This document shows positions 1 through 10,246 of a stretch of 64,000 bases of DNA, one piece after another. The first letter of the stretch is position 1. Every line of letters starts with the position of its first letter. Location of the stretch: positions 32,001-96,000 of IMG/VR virus record IMGVR_UViG_3300025168_000033, one strand, 5' to 3'. The notes beneath the pieces are model-generated. The model saw only the letters and a program-made list of their open reading frames with translations. It did not search any database and was not told where the DNA came from. This stretch comes from a virus. A program made the position numbers and the translations under genes.

Positions 1-75
1 TAGATTATTATTGTCCTCCATTAAGACAGTAAATCTGTCAAATCCTGATATTAAAGCGCCTAATCCTTTGAACAT
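1..75 (-). CDS. 5' end of a gene running off the window (possibly tape-measure/baseplate protein)
   Basis: ATG at 75 reads MFKGLGALISGFDRFTVLMEDNNNL, open to the window edge; follows the tail tube and chaperone genes. Confidence 0.4.
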   Translation of the reverse strand, partial: MFKGLGALISGFDRFTVLMEDNNNL

Positions 76-82
76 TCACGTA

Positions 83-334
83 TTATAATTTTATATTGGG
101 CATGCTTGGAAACTTAGGCATGCTCATACCAGGTAGCTTTGGTGCACCTTTAGTATATTTATTCAACTGTGCCTGCGGATTTTGCATTTTATTTGCATTA
201 TATCCTTCAGACTGTTCTGATTCAGCATCAGACTTCTTTTTAAGAAGTTCAGTTAAATTTTGAACTATATAATAATATCGCCAATAAGATAGTCTATCGA
301 CCTCAGACGGTTGAAGTCTGAGGTGATAAAGCAA
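83..334 (-). CDS. gp51-like baseplate hub/tail assembly protein (reading frame extends upstream, probably reached by frameshift)
   Basis: SLTNWYKTETYLLYHLRLQPSEVDRLSYW resembles T4-like gp51 (SLENYYKTNFALMQHHKYSLTEIENM.PW); lies directly after gp26-like gene. Confidence 0.6.
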   Translation of the reverse strand: MLYHLRLQPSEVDRLSYWRYYYIVQNLTELLKKKSDAESEQSEGYNANKMQNPQAQLNKYTKGAPKLPGMSMPKFPSMPNIKL

Positions 335-347
335 ATAGGTTTCAGTT

Positions 348-1358
348 TTATACCAATTCGTCAGAGAAATCTGAAATAACGAAAAGAGCTTTGATGCCTC
401 CGGGAAACGTTATATCCGCTGAGATCTCCACACCACAGCTATTACATTTTGAATACATTTTAGTTTCAATACCCACTCTAGAATCATCACATAATTTTAA
501 CATTAATGGAAATTTCTTCTTGGACCAGGTTGAATAATCTGCTTCTAATTGCTTAATTTTTTTAGCATTTAATCCTCGCCAATCAAGGCAAATATATGAT
601 AGTATTTTAGCAAATGTTAAATCTAATTCTACACCTGCTTGACGTTGATCAGCAATATATGTTGAAATAGCTTGCATTATTCCTATTGTTGGCGGCTTAA
701 TTTTTATTTCGCCGTAGGTTTTTGTCCTTACAACAAATAATTTTTCCTGTCCATCGTAATATTTTTTCATTGTAGAATTGATTTCAACAGACCTAAAATT
801 ATCATTACTTAATTTCATGTTATTTTCATGTCCGTCACTACAAGATACCTTAAATGTTAATTCATTTTCAGGTTCAGGAAAAGTAAGCTTACGAATTTCT
901 AAAAGTACATAGATTCTATCTTCTTCAAGAATATCTTTATATGATCCACCTCTGTCACCATAAGTAACTTTAGCACAAGATTTTAACATATTGTTAAAAG
1001 CTTCATCAATAGACATTCCATTAGATTCGTCAATTTCTGACCATTGTCTTACTTCCGGTGTATCACCGGCACGTATCATTAATTTAAATCCTGTATCGTA
1101 AAATAAAAATCCTTTACGAGCACTAGGTAAATTATTAACATCTATAAGTTGCCAACCATATTTATCAACAACATCCATGTGAGTTTCTTGTCTATACTCA
1201 TATTCTTTATTAGGCATTTTTCCAAATGATGTAACAGGTTCTTGTTCTTCAATCACAACTTTATCGGATTCATTATTTACCCCTCCTTGATAAGCATTGC
1301 CTAGTTTAGCTTCTTGCTCTTCAATATGTTTTTTCATTGCTTCGTCTTCTGTACTCAT
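348..1358 (-). CDS. gp26-like baseplate hub / tail assembly chaperone
   Basis: LPS..FY, EEDRIYVLLEIRKLTF, Cys/His pairs (CSDGH, CNSC), PPTIG; located downstream of tail tube. Confidence 0.65.
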   Translation of the reverse strand: MSTEDEAMKKHIEEQEAKLGNAYQGGVNNESDKVVIEEQEPVTSFGKMPNKEYEYRQETHMDVVDKYGWQLIDVNNLPSARKGFLFYDTGFKLMIRAGDTPEVRQWSEIDESNGMSIDEAFNNMLKSCAKVTYGDRGGSYKDILEEDRIYVLLEIRKLTFPEPENELTFKVSCSDGHENNMKLSNDNFRSVEINSTMKKYYDGQEKLFVVRTKTYGEIKIKPPTIGIMQAISTYIADQRQAGVELDLTFAKILSYICLDWRGLNAKKIKQLEADYSTWSKKKFPLMLKLCDDSRVGIETKMYSKCNSCGVEISADITFPGGIKALFVISDFSDELV

Positions 1359-1606
1359 TTCTTTGCTTTGTTTATTTTTAATTCTTCTAGATTTCGTATA
1401 AGTCTTTTTGCTTCTTCATCAACAAAAGATTTTTGATCTTCACCTTGATATTCTTTAATATGATTTAAAAGTAATTCTCTTATATATTGTGGTTGTGAAA
1501 TATGGTCTCCTCTAGAATAAGCTACTAAGTGAATTATTCTATTTAGCTTTGTTTCTTCCTCAGCCGATAGCATAGTTTGTAATTTTCTATCTCGTGACAT
1601 GATCAA
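1355..1606 (-). CDS. small ribbon-helix-helix-like DNA-binding protein
   Basis: RKLQTMLS (beta strand)-helix-SQPQYIRELL pattern; late-type promoter at 1616-1624. Confidence 0.45.
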   Translation of the reverse strand: MIMSRDRKLQTMLSAEEETKLNRIIHLVAYSRGDHISQPQYIRELLLNHIKEYQGEDQKSFVDEEAKRLIRNLEELKINKAKK

Positions 1607-1879
1607 TTGTTTGAATTATATATCAAGAACAATATGATTATTTGATCAAATGAACATTATTTTATTGAGGCGTTTGAATCTTGTTATCTGATACTAACCT
1701 TTTCACTCATCTGATAACTATTATATACTTACGTGACACGCAATGTTTCAAAAAAATCATCTTTTTTAAAGATAGTTTTAAGGCGAATGATGACACTTCA
1801 AAAATTATTAAATTACCTATTGTCATATTATTTATAAGTCCTTAGAAGCCATCTTATAATACGTCATATATACCAGAAA

Positions 1880-1905
1880 GACCTGTACAAATAAATGTAC
1901 AGGTC
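1880..1905 (-). terminator. intrinsic terminator after tail tube gene
   Basis: perfect 10-bp stem GACCTGTACA/TGTACAGGTC flanked by T/A runs. Confidence 0.7.
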
Positions 1906-1928
1906 AAAAAATAAAAGTAAAAAAAATA

Positions 1929-2480
1929 TTATACCATTGATTCTGACCACCAGTCAGCTCTAAAATTCATTTCCATTCCTACAGGCTCAGCTGCATCATA
2001 AGCTAATGCTAATTCAGGAACATCTCCAGTTGGAAAGCATTCATGGAAAGTACGTACCCAAAAAATATCACCGGTTCTAGTATAGCATGTAACTATTATA
2101 GTTCCAATATAATCTTTTTTAAGTGATTGTTCACCCGTTAATGGATTCCAAATTAATCTCTTCCAGTCTCTAATTTTCTTGTATGTGTATACTTCGTTTC
2201 CTGCATTAAGATTTAAACTAAATCCTATTGTTAAATCACAAGTAGTTTTAGTTGGTACACCAGATGCATAACTTCTTGTTGCTTGCTTGTATTTTTGCTC
2301 TGCAACCTCTTGTCCTGGTTCAGTAATCAATCCACCAATTGAAGTAACATGTTCTAGTAAAAAACTTCCGTCTCCTACAGATGCAGGCGGCAAAATATTT
2401 ACTTCGAATAGGTTTCCATAAAATGGTTCATGTGCATTACGTGCAGCATTTGCGTTATTATAGTGTGGTAATCCAGCCAT
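1929..2480 (-). CDS. gp19: tail tube protein (T4 gp19-like)
   Basis: 183 aa, NLFEV..W...I.NPLTG...KKDY.G.I......G......F...FP motifs; adjacent to sheath. Confidence 0.85.
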   Translation of the reverse strand: MAGLPHYNNANAARNAHEPFYGNLFEVNILPPASVGDGSFLLEHVTSIGGLITEPGQEVAEQKYKQATRSYASGVPTKTTCDLTIGFSLNLNAGNEVYTYKKIRDWKRLIWNPLTGEQSLKKDYIGTIIVTCYTRTGDIFWVRTFHECFPTGDVPELALAYDAAEPVGMEMNFRADWWSESMV

Positions 2481-2503
2481 ATTGTAAGTTTATTTTAATT
2501 AAT

Positions 2504-2512
2504 TTATATATC
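2504..2512 (-). promoter_or_regulatory. late-type promoter GATATATAA (tail tube)
   Basis: identical 9-mer recurs just upstream of many structural genes. Confidence 0.7.
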
Positions 2513-2517
2513 AAAAA

Positions 2518-2545
2518 CTGGAAGTGATATTTCTATCACCTCCAG
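2518..2545 (-). terminator. intrinsic terminator after tail sheath gene
   Basis: CTGGAGGTGATA-GAAA-TATCACTTCCAG followed by TTTTT on minus strand. Confidence 0.75.
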
Positions 2546-2560
2546 AATTTTAAGTATTGT

Positions 2561-5500
2561 TTATATGAAATCTCCAGTTGAGATAGCTCCAGTTTTAAGA
2601 ATAGTAGTTCTGTGAACCAATATTCCCATTCCTCTTGCAGGTTCTATGTAAGTATCAAGAATACCCATATTAGAATCAATTATATCTGCAGTGTTATTTG
2701 TTGAATCCATTATATTTTGGAAGTCATAAACACCAGAATCATTAAGAATCTGTCCAAGGAATCCATCAGCTAAAGTTTTAATCTCTAATCGATTTTGAGC
2801 AGTATTGAATTCCCATCTGTAGTTTTTCAATATAGCTTCAATTCCATCTTGAATGTAAATTATTAATTCTCTTACGTGAGCTTGAGATAAAGCAGATTTA
2901 ACTGATTGTTGTGCAGTTTGATTAGCGTTAATTACAAATCCTAATCCTTTCTTTGCAACAATTGCATTGATTCCAAATGGTTCAATGAAATCTAGATCAG
3001 CTCTATCAAAGTTGTATTCCAATCCAACAACTCCACCACCACCGATGACACCTCTTCTAGGTCCTGCAATGATTGACCAAGGCAGTGCAGAAGTAAATTT
3101 ATCAATGTATAGGTTAGATACCCATGCAGCTTGTGGAACCGAGATATTTTTACCTCTTTCTCTTACTATTAAGTTAGGTCCGTAGAATGCACAGAAGTTA
3201 CCACCTTCAGAATTTGGAGGCAATGAATATTGTACAGTCGGATTCAATGATTGATTTCCACCGTCAGCAATAAATCTAGCATCAAATTTCTTAGTAACAT
3301 CAGCCTTAAATAATGGATCCGTAGAATCTTTAAAGTTCTTAACCGACGGTGTATTTAATATTGCAAATGCGTTTTGTCTGTCTTTTGCAATTTTAGATAA
3401 CTTTGATTTTGAACTTCCTTCAATACCACCATTAAATGTGTCTATGATGTATCTAAAGTTAATTACATCTCTATCAATTAATGCATTTTTAATGTTAGTA
3501 GTATACATAACATTAAGAATTTCATTTTGTCGATCATTTTGTCCATTAGGGATCTGTGCATCTCTCATAGTGAATCCTTTAAGGGATTTCATTTTATAAT
3601 GAGTTGCAAAAGAATCTATTTCTTCATATTTTTCAATTGCGCCTGTAGCAGATGTTCTATAAATCGGTCCAAAAGCAGTAATAGTATAAATGTTCGTAGT
3701 AGAATTATAAGATACCGATTTTACTTTTGTTAATCTTGATTTACCGGTTATAGCATCTATATTAGTTGTTGTCCCAGTTGAAGTTCCACTTACTAAGTAA
3801 TCACCTTTCTTAATAACTCCAGCTGCTAGATTTGTACCAGAAACTCTAGCAACATTTTCAGCATCCGTTGCATTGTCTAGTACTGGACTAATAGTTTGAT
3901 TTAAGTTTCCAGTAAGTGTTTGTATAATCCACGGTCCGTTGGCATCAGTAGCAAATCCTGTTGTCATAGGAGTAGTAAATGCAGCATCAGTATAAGGAAT
4001 TAATTTTACATAATTTACTGGATGAGAAAATACTCCTAATGCTTCTCCGTCAGCTGTGCTTGCATTAGTACCTACAGCTAAAGTATATTGAGTAAATTTA
4101 ATCGGATAATTTACACTTCCAGTTCGATAATTATCACCAGTTGTAATTCCACCATTTGCCCAATCAGTATATAATCCTGAATCTTTAAATGCAATTAATT
4201 CTGTAGAATTGTCATCAACAAAATCTAATTGTGGAATAACATCAGGTAATGCATCTTCTGCAATAAATAGAAAGTTTGAACTAGAGCCAGCAATATAATT
4301 TCCAGCAGCACCTCCAGTAGTAATTTCAATTTGTATCGAGATTTTTTCCGTTGTTGCAGATACTGATTTTACTAATGCATGATTAGGAGCAGTTCCAGTT
4401 GCAGAAGTAGATAATGCAGAACATTCAACATAAGATTTACCAGCTGCTACTGCATTTACAAATGCAGTATATGCTGCAGTCGTTGCAAATGGAGATAAAA
4501 CTGAATTAGCAATAACTTCCGTAGAACCAGGTGCATAAAATGTAACAATATCAAAATGAGCTACAGAAGAATAACCCGCAGCGCCTGCTAAAGTAGTTGA
4601 TGCAGTTAATAAACCACCTTTTAATGAATTTAATGCAGATGAAACCGTTGCACCAGTTACCGCATTTGCAGTAGTATTAATAGCATTTTGTGTAGTATAA
4701 GAATTATCAGCCTTAATAGATCCTGAATAAGATAGGAAATTTAATGTGCTAATAGATCCATTTTCTATTTGATGTCCAATGAAATCAATCTCATCACCAG
4801 AAACATAAGCTCCAGCATCATCAAATTTAGATTTATCAATAGTACATAAAGCACCAGTAATAATTGAATCTGCATTTACCATATCCTCAATAAATAGGTT
4901 TGTACCATTTTTATCAACGAAATCTGGAATTATAGATCCGATATATTTTCCAAGAACTTTAACTTCTGGAAGATTTATAAATGAATCAATACCATCTATT
5001 TTAGTACCAAAATTATCTGTATATGTTTTCTTTAATCCTTTATCATCAAAATAAGGACCAAATACTGGATCATTTTGTAATGCGGCATTATTTGAATAAT
5101 CACCTTCAATAATTAATGTTTCTAGCATGTAATCAGATATTACATCTGCACCATTTAGAAATTCAGGTAATTCAGCAACACCATACCATTCTTTAGCAGT
5201 TATATCAAAACCAGTTACATCTGCCTTTCTTACTAATACCGAAATATTTTTTCTACCAACATTGGCAAAATTAAGTAAATTAGGTGTAGAATCTACTGAT
5301 TTTATATTTGCAAAAGCATCTTCTTCATCCAAGAACCAGAATTTATCACTATTGTAATAACCAGCCAAAGGAGCAGATTGAATTGCTTTATTAGCTGTAT
5401 CCGGTGCAGTAGAAAATGATATAAAATCAGTTTTATCTGTAGCGTCATTTAATGATAATAGGTTTAATACAATGATCGGACCTCTGTCAAGACATTGCAA

Positions 5501-5737
5501 TGCAGTTCTATGGAAGAACGAACCTTTTCTTTCTAATTTTCTATCAATATTTCCAAAAACTGATGTAAAAAATTCTGGGTCTGGAACAAATATTGGAGTA
5601 TTGAAAGGACCTTTCTTTGAGAATCCTACAACTAACCTGATAGTCTCAGCTGGTATACTAGCTGTTTGTGACTTATCAAAAGTTAACCTATATATGCCAG
5701 AGCTTTTAAATTGTTGTAAATTTGCGTCTATAGCCAT
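2561..5737 (-). CDS. gp18: tail sheath protein (gp18-like), enlarged
   Basis: N-term SSGIY..VVGFSKKGPFNTP..F...FG; C-term AGPRRG, GIN.I, HVRELII, EFNT..R, GVYDF, NT.DIID. Confidence 0.9.
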   Translation of the reverse strand: MAIDANLQQFKSSGIYRLTFDKSQTASIPAETIRLVVGFSKKGPFNTPIFVPDPEFFTSVFGNIDRKLERKGSFFHRTALQCLDRGPIIVLNLLSLNDATDKTDFISFSTAPDTANKAIQSAPLAGYYNSDKFWFLDEEDAFANIKSVDSTPNLLNFANVGRKNISVLVRKADVTGFDITAKEWYGVAELPEFLNGADVISDYMLETLIIEGDYSNNAALQNDPVFGPYFDDKGLKKTYTDNFGTKIDGIDSFINLPEVKVLGKYIGSIIPDFVDKNGTNLFIEDMVNADSIITGALCTIDKSKFDDAGAYVSGDEIDFIGHQIENGSISTLNFLSYSGSIKADNSYTTQNAINTTANAVTGATVSSALNSLKGGLLTASTTLAGAAGYSSVAHFDIVTFYAPGSTEVIANSVLSPFATTAAYTAFVNAVAAGKSYVECSALSTSATGTAPNHALVKSVSATTEKISIQIEITTGGAAGNYIAGSSSNFLFIAEDALPDVIPQLDFVDDNSTELIAFKDSGLYTDWANGGITTGDNYRTGSVNYPIKFTQYTLAVGTNASTADGEALGVFSHPVNYVKLIPYTDAAFTTPMTTGFATDANGPWIIQTLTGNLNQTISPVLDNATDAENVARVSGTNLAAGVIKKGDYLVSGTSTGTTTNIDAITGKSRLTKVKSVSYNSTTNIYTITAFGPIYRTSATGAIEKYEEIDSFATHYKMKSLKGFTMRDAQIPNGQNDRQNEILNVMYTTNIKNALIDRDVINFRYIIDTFNGGIEGSSKSKLSKIAKDRQNAFAILNTPSVKNFKDSTDPLFKADVTKKFDARFIADGGNQSLNPTVQYSLPPNSEGGNFCAFYGPNLIVRERGKNISVPQAAWVSNLYIDKFTSALPWSIIAGPRRGVIGGGGVVGLEYNFDRADLDFIEPFGINAIVAKKGLGFVINANQTAQQSVKSALSQAHVRELIIYIQDGIEAILKNYRWEFNTAQNRLEIKTLADGFLGQILNDSGVYDFQNIMDSTNNTADIIDSNMGILDTYIEPARGMGILVHRTTILKTGAISTGDFI

Positions 5738-5757
5738 AATTTTATTGTTATTTTAGT

Positions 5758-5766
5758 TTATATATC
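5758..5766 (-). promoter_or_regulatory. late-type promoter GATATATAA (tail sheath)
   Basis: recurrent motif about 20 nt upstream of ATG. Confidence 0.7.
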
Positions 5767-5800
5767 ATTTGTATGATTTGAAACTTTCATGTATGTGCAC

Positions 5801-5827
5801 AAAAAAGGTCGACAAAAATCGACCTTT
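5801..5827 (-). terminator. intrinsic terminator
   Basis: stem AAAGGTCGA/TCGACCTTT with T tract on minus strand. Confidence 0.7.
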
Positions 5828-5870
5828 AATATTTTATGATTATTTTATTATTTAATATATCTGAGTCTTA

Positions 5871-6515
5871 TCAGTCTTCATTCATCTTTGGTTTTTCATG
5901 AACGTAACCTAATTTACTAAACTTTTCGTGATCTTCTTGAGTTTCTGCTTTATATTCCTTTCCAGACTTAGGACAGTACATCATATGAGGTTCAAAATCT
6001 TTTCCTTCATTAGTTTCATCGTCATCACCATGTTTCTTACCACATGATTCATTTACAAAAACACCTTTAGGTACATCCATTAAAGTAACAGTTTTTCCGT
6101 CCCATGATATTACACCTACAGTATTTTTTTTCTTATCTACAATATAATAAGTATCTTTGTCTTCATCACCACCTTCTAAATTATGATCATCGTTAGATAA
6201 CATATCTTCTAGTTGATTAATGTCACCATCAAATTTGAAACTATTTTTACCTTCGTTAACTGATTCATTTGCTTTATACCATTTTGACAATTTTTTAACG
6301 TCTTTAGGCTTTAATTTGCTTGTTGAATCTGTTAATTCATAAGTAATCTTAGCAATAAAGTCTTTCTCATTATTAGCAACCTTTAAGGTATCTTCTAATG
6401 AAGCTTCTATTTGATCGTAATCTAAGGTTACTGTTTTACCTTCATATTCTGAATCTATTGAAAATTCATGTGAACTTTCATTTAACCATTCTTCGTAGCT
6501 TTGTAAATTTTTCAT
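5871..6515 (-). CDS. tagged putative internal head polyprotein
   Basis: N-term MKNLQSYEEWLNE; internal VNE/TNE sites; late promoter at 6537-6545. Confidence 0.65.
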   Translation of the reverse strand: MKNLQSYEEWLNESSHEFSIDSEYEGKTVTLDYDQIEASLEDTLKVANNEKDFIAKITYELTDSTSKLKPKDVKKLSKWYKANESVNEGKNSFKFDGDINQLEDMLSNDDHNLEGGDEDKDTYYIVDKKKNTVGVISWDGKTVTLMDVPKGVFVNESCGKKHGDDDETNEGKDFEPHMMYCPKSGKEYKAETQEDHEKFSKLGYVHEKPKMNED

Positions 6516-6545
6516 TTGTATAATGCTTTTGTTTTATTATATATC

Positions 6546-8354
6546 TTAGTCAACTATTTCATATATGTTAAAAGTATCACCTCCGCCATCATGAATTTCT
6601 AATATTTGATTTATTGATTCAGATATTGCCGGATCAATATAATCCAGTAATTCTTCTACCATTTCAGAATAATCTGAAGTATCAAAAATAGAAGTTACAG
6701 TTACACATGTCATTATTGCATCGTCATTTCCAGACTGAGCTGCATAGGATCCATTTTTAGTTCGTGAAAAGGTTGTAGCTTCTTCAATAGTTTTTATTTC
6801 CTGTATTACTAATCTATTCTTTCTAATACTTTCTTTTAATGCTTGACAATAAAGTTTTTTATTTTCACCGTTTAATCTTACACCATGTGAAGTTTTTTTA
6901 GAATTTAATCTGTGTCTATATTTTACAATTATTTCTTCGTCAAATTCATTTCTTGCAGGATAAAGTGTTTGTAGATTTTTAATTAATTCAGATCCGTATG
7001 TATTATATTCCAATACAACTCGTAAATTTTCTGGTTCAAAAATTGATACACATAATTCATAAATAATCTTAGATAAATCTGGGATTGACATTACATTGCA
7101 TCTAAATATTCCAACCTGTTTTAATTGAAAGAATTCATAAATCGATCCTGGATTTGTAATTTCCTTATGATATTTAGGGTCTATAGGAACAACCTTGAAT
7201 ATGTTTAAAATAGAATAATCCAGTCCCACACCCTCAGCTAAATCAATAGACAATACAAAGAAATTTTTATTGTCCTTTAATTCATCATCTACATTAAAAT
7301 CTGGATGCCATTTTAAAAATGAATAATCTAATCCAAGATCGTCCAAATCATCAAATTCATAAAACTTAAAATGAGTTTCATGCTTTTTAAGTTTCTTTAT
7401 TTCATTAGATCCTAATAATAACGAATCCGCATTTATAAATTGACAACCATATTGCTTATTAAATTCTTCTACATCACCACCAAGATTTGAAATTTCTCTT
7501 GCTTTCCAGACTTCATCACGGCCAGGCACATCCCACCAGTCTACTTTAAATCCAACATAATCTGAATCACCATCTAGAGCATCCTGCCATAAACGCTGAA
7601 ATAAATTATAGCCGTTCGGTGTTGATGTAATAATTATTTTTGATATTTCTGATGATGATAAAGTTGGATAAACGTTACCATAAAATTCTTCTGCTATATT
7701 AGCTTCTACGTGAGCAAATTCATCTAAAAATAATAAATGAATAGTAAAACCAATACCGGCATTTTTTGTAGTATTTTGACCCATTATTCTACATTCATTA
7801 TCAAACTTCATAGACATTACATCCTTTTTGATAACTCCTGGTTTCATGAAAAATGGAAGTCCTTCAACTACAGCTCTAATCTTATCTAGAATTTCTCTAG
7901 TAGTTGCGCCTTTATTTGCAAGTAACATTACATTCTTATCAAAGTTAAAAACTAAAAACCAGGTTAAAAATATTGCTGAACAAATAGTTTTACCTACCTG
8001 TCTAGGAGCAAGACAAATATTGAATCTATTTGCCTGAAAAGATCTAAGCATATCCTCCTGATAAGGTCGTAATTCAATTTTTGTATATCCTTCGTCAGTC
8101 ATTACCTGACAATATTTATTTGCAAAATATACAATATCTCTAGCACATTTCTTTAATTCTGACATCTCCATGTCAGTATATTCATATACTATATTTCCTT
8201 TCTTATATGCACTATGCCCCTCATAAAACGGATGTGGTACTTCATATCCATTTTCAATAGCTTCTATAGTTTGTTCAACCTTTTCAGTTGTCCATACTAC
8301 CCTATTGTCCTGTTCTTCTTTTTCTGGTTTAAACTTTGGTATTTTAAAACTCAT
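6546..8354 (-). CDS. gp17: terminase large subunit
   Basis: LRPYQ, Walker A PRQVGKT, Walker B LLFLDEFAH, STPNG, nuclease SIDLAEG and GNDDAIM. Confidence 0.95.
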   Translation of the reverse strand: MSFKIPKFKPEKEEQDNRVVWTTEKVEQTIEAIENGYEVPHPFYEGHSAYKKGNIVYEYTDMEMSELKKCARDIVYFANKYCQVMTDEGYTKIELRPYQEDMLRSFQANRFNICLAPRQVGKTICSAIFLTWFLVFNFDKNVMLLANKGATTREILDKIRAVVEGLPFFMKPGVIKKDVMSMKFDNECRIMGQNTTKNAGIGFTIHLLFLDEFAHVEANIAEEFYGNVYPTLSSSEISKIIITSTPNGYNLFQRLWQDALDGDSDYVGFKVDWWDVPGRDEVWKAREISNLGGDVEEFNKQYGCQFINADSLLLGSNEIKKLKKHETHFKFYEFDDLDDLGLDYSFLKWHPDFNVDDELKDNKNFFVLSIDLAEGVGLDYSILNIFKVVPIDPKYHKEITNPGSIYEFFQLKQVGIFRCNVMSIPDLSKIIYELCVSIFEPENLRVVLEYNTYGSELIKNLQTLYPARNEFDEEIIVKYRHRLNSKKTSHGVRLNGENKKLYCQALKESIRKNRLVIQEIKTIEEATTFSRTKNGSYAAQSGNDDAIMTCVTVTSIFDTSDYSEMVEELLDYIDPAISESINQILEIHDGGGDTFNIYEIVD

Positions 8355-8608
8355 TTAGCCTTTTTTAAAGTAATACTATCAACATTGACTTTTGAAACAT
8401 TAACTTTATCCTTCTTTGCGACCTTCTTGATTTCCATTTCGACCTTTTTGAATATCTTGTTTTTAACGCCTTCAAGTTCGCCACCAGGACCTAATAATTT
8501 TCTAGTAGCCTGTCCTTTTACGGCATTAGCTTTACGCTCTTTAGATTTTAATTTTGGTGGTCTTGCTCTTTCATTTAAGAATTCTTCGTATGATTGTAGA
8601 TTTTTCAT
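8351..8608 (-). CDS. tagged small basic putative internal head protein
   Basis: MKNLQSYEEFLNE followed by Lys-rich body. Confidence 0.65.
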   Translation of the reverse strand: MKNLQSYEEFLNERARPPKLKSKERKANAVKGQATRKLLGPGGELEGVKNKIFKKVEMEIKKVAKKDKVNVSKVNVDSITLKKAK

Positions 8609-8616
8609 ATTATATT

Positions 8617-9207
8617 TTATAGTTCAATTGATTTTATATCATATGCTGACGGACCCCAAAATAATACTTGTTCAACATCGTCACCAAAGTGATAATTTTT
8701 AATTGCATCAGTGGATTTAAATGTAATAGGATAAGATCCCCAATGCTTTGCGCCTTTTTGTAAAGTTCCGTATTTTTCTAACATATCATCATAATCAAGA
8801 CCATAGTTGTATCCAATATCTCTTTTAGGCTTATGTCGTGAAGACCAATTCATACCTAATTTAAGATAATCAGATTCACCGTAAATAAAGCCGTTTTTAA
8901 CAATATTTTGTCGAATTTTTTCTGATGATACAAAATGTACAATTAGTTTATCTGATGGATGATCTTCAGCAGGTGCATCAAAGAAATACATAGTTGGCAG
9001 TTTACTATAGTATTTTCGGTTATTAACTTTTGTAATTAGCTTAGCTGCATCAGACTCAGAATCAAGTTTTTCTTGAGGTAATATATGATCTTTGATCCAT
9101 TTTGCAAGTGACATATTGGTTCTATCAAAATGTTTCTTTAGAACATCAGTCCTTTTTCTACTAGCAGATTCATTCAAAAATTCATCGTATGACTGTAGAT
9201 TTTTCAT
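8617..9207 (-). CDS. tagged protein, possible ADP-ribosyltransferase-like fold
   Basis: MKNLQSYDEFLNE; LIVHFVS..I.KNGF, GYNYG, HFGDDVEQVLFWG. Confidence 0.45.
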   Translation of the reverse strand: MKNLQSYDEFLNESASRKRTDVLKKHFDRTNMSLAKWIKDHILPQEKLDSESDAAKLITKVNNRKYYSKLPTMYFFDAPAEDHPSDKLIVHFVSSEKIRQNIVKNGFIYGESDYLKLGMNWSSRHKPKRDIGYNYGLDYDDMLEKYGTLQKGAKHWGSYPITFKSTDAIKNYHFGDDVEQVLFWGPSAYDIKSIEL

Positions 9208-9208
9208 G

Positions 9209-9580
9209 TTATTTCTTTTTTATGTCATCATGTTTAGGCTTTGGTCCTTTACCTTTTAACCAATCTGCAATATCTTTATCCGCAGTTTTATATGCAGTTC
9301 CTTTTTCTGTAAATACCGTCATTCTAGCATTACCCCATGCATTAAATGCAGCCGGCTTTCCTAGCTTTTTTATGTGTGGTCTTACAGCACCCCAGTTAGT
9401 AATTGCTGCACCATATCCTCTTAAAAATGCTGCCATTAATGCATATTCTAAATCTTTTGCATTTTTAGCTCCTAATGATTTTTGTAATTTTGGATCTTTT
9501 GAAAGTTTTTCTGCTCTTGATTCTGCTGCACTTTGCTTTGCTTCATTCAAGAATTCATCATACGATTGTAAATTTTTCAT
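9209..9580 (-). CDS. tagged protein, DUF5824-like motif
   Basis: MKNLQSYDEFLNE; F.RG.GA......RP....W..AR pattern. Confidence 0.5.
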   Translation of the reverse strand: MKNLQSYDEFLNEAKQSAAESRAEKLSKDPKLQKSLGAKNAKDLEYALMAAFLRGYGAAITNWGAVRPHIKKLGKPAAFNAWGNARMTVFTEKGTAYKTADKDIADWLKGKGPKPKHDDIKKK

Positions 9581-10242
9581 ATTGTATATTGTGCTTTTGG
9601 TAGATTTTTTTTAGCAAATGTAATCCAGGTTTTAAGTACCTTATTTCTTTCAGTTTTAGTCATTAATTTTTGATCGATAAAATAATCAAGATATTCATTA
9701 AATACATCATTTAACGGTCGCTTTTCTGTTTTTGCTTGACGATACATTCCGTTTGCCATTGCTGGAACTTCATCCTTTAATAGAAAGTATTTATATAGAT
9801 TTCCTTTATCTCCGCTTATTTTATTTCTAATAATCGATCCAGTTATTTTAACCTTACTTGGACGTCTATTTTCACCGCCTTGAGTTAAATGTTCTATTTC
9901 ATGCCTAGCTGCATCCTGTAAAACTGCATTTAATTTTTGATAGCTTTGCGGTTCTTTAGCCGGATCCAAAGTAACAATAAATTCTATACCATTTACTGAT
10001 GGATAAGCACCAGCATCAACAATAACTCCTCGAGAATTTGATACCGCTTCACGTTTTATAAATAATTGTGCGTCATCAATAAATACCTTATCATTAAATT
10101 CACCTAAATCAAATTGTAACATTTCATGCTCTCCTTTAGGACTTGTTAATTTGATTATTGGCCAAATAGCATCTACTATTTCACCGGCAAGTTTATCATA
10201 ACTTCCTTCATTTAAGAATTGATTGTAATTTTTATATCTCAT
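9577..10242 (-). CDS. tagged zincin-like metallopeptidase
   Basis: MRYKNYNQFLNE; HEIEH zinc motif plus downstream YF...DEVPA glutamate. Confidence 0.6.
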   Translation of the reverse strand: MRYKNYNQFLNEGSYDKLAGEIVDAIWPIIKLTSPKGEHEMLQFDLGEFNDKVFIDDAQLFIKREAVSNSRGVIVDAGAYPSVNGIEFIVTLDPAKEPQSYQKLNAVLQDAARHEIEHLTQGGENRRPSKVKITGSIIRNKISGDKGNLYKYFLLKDEVPAMANGMYRQAKTEKRPLNDVFNEYLDYFIDQKLMTKTERNKVLKTWITFAKKNLPKAQYTI

Positions 10243-10246
10243 TTAA

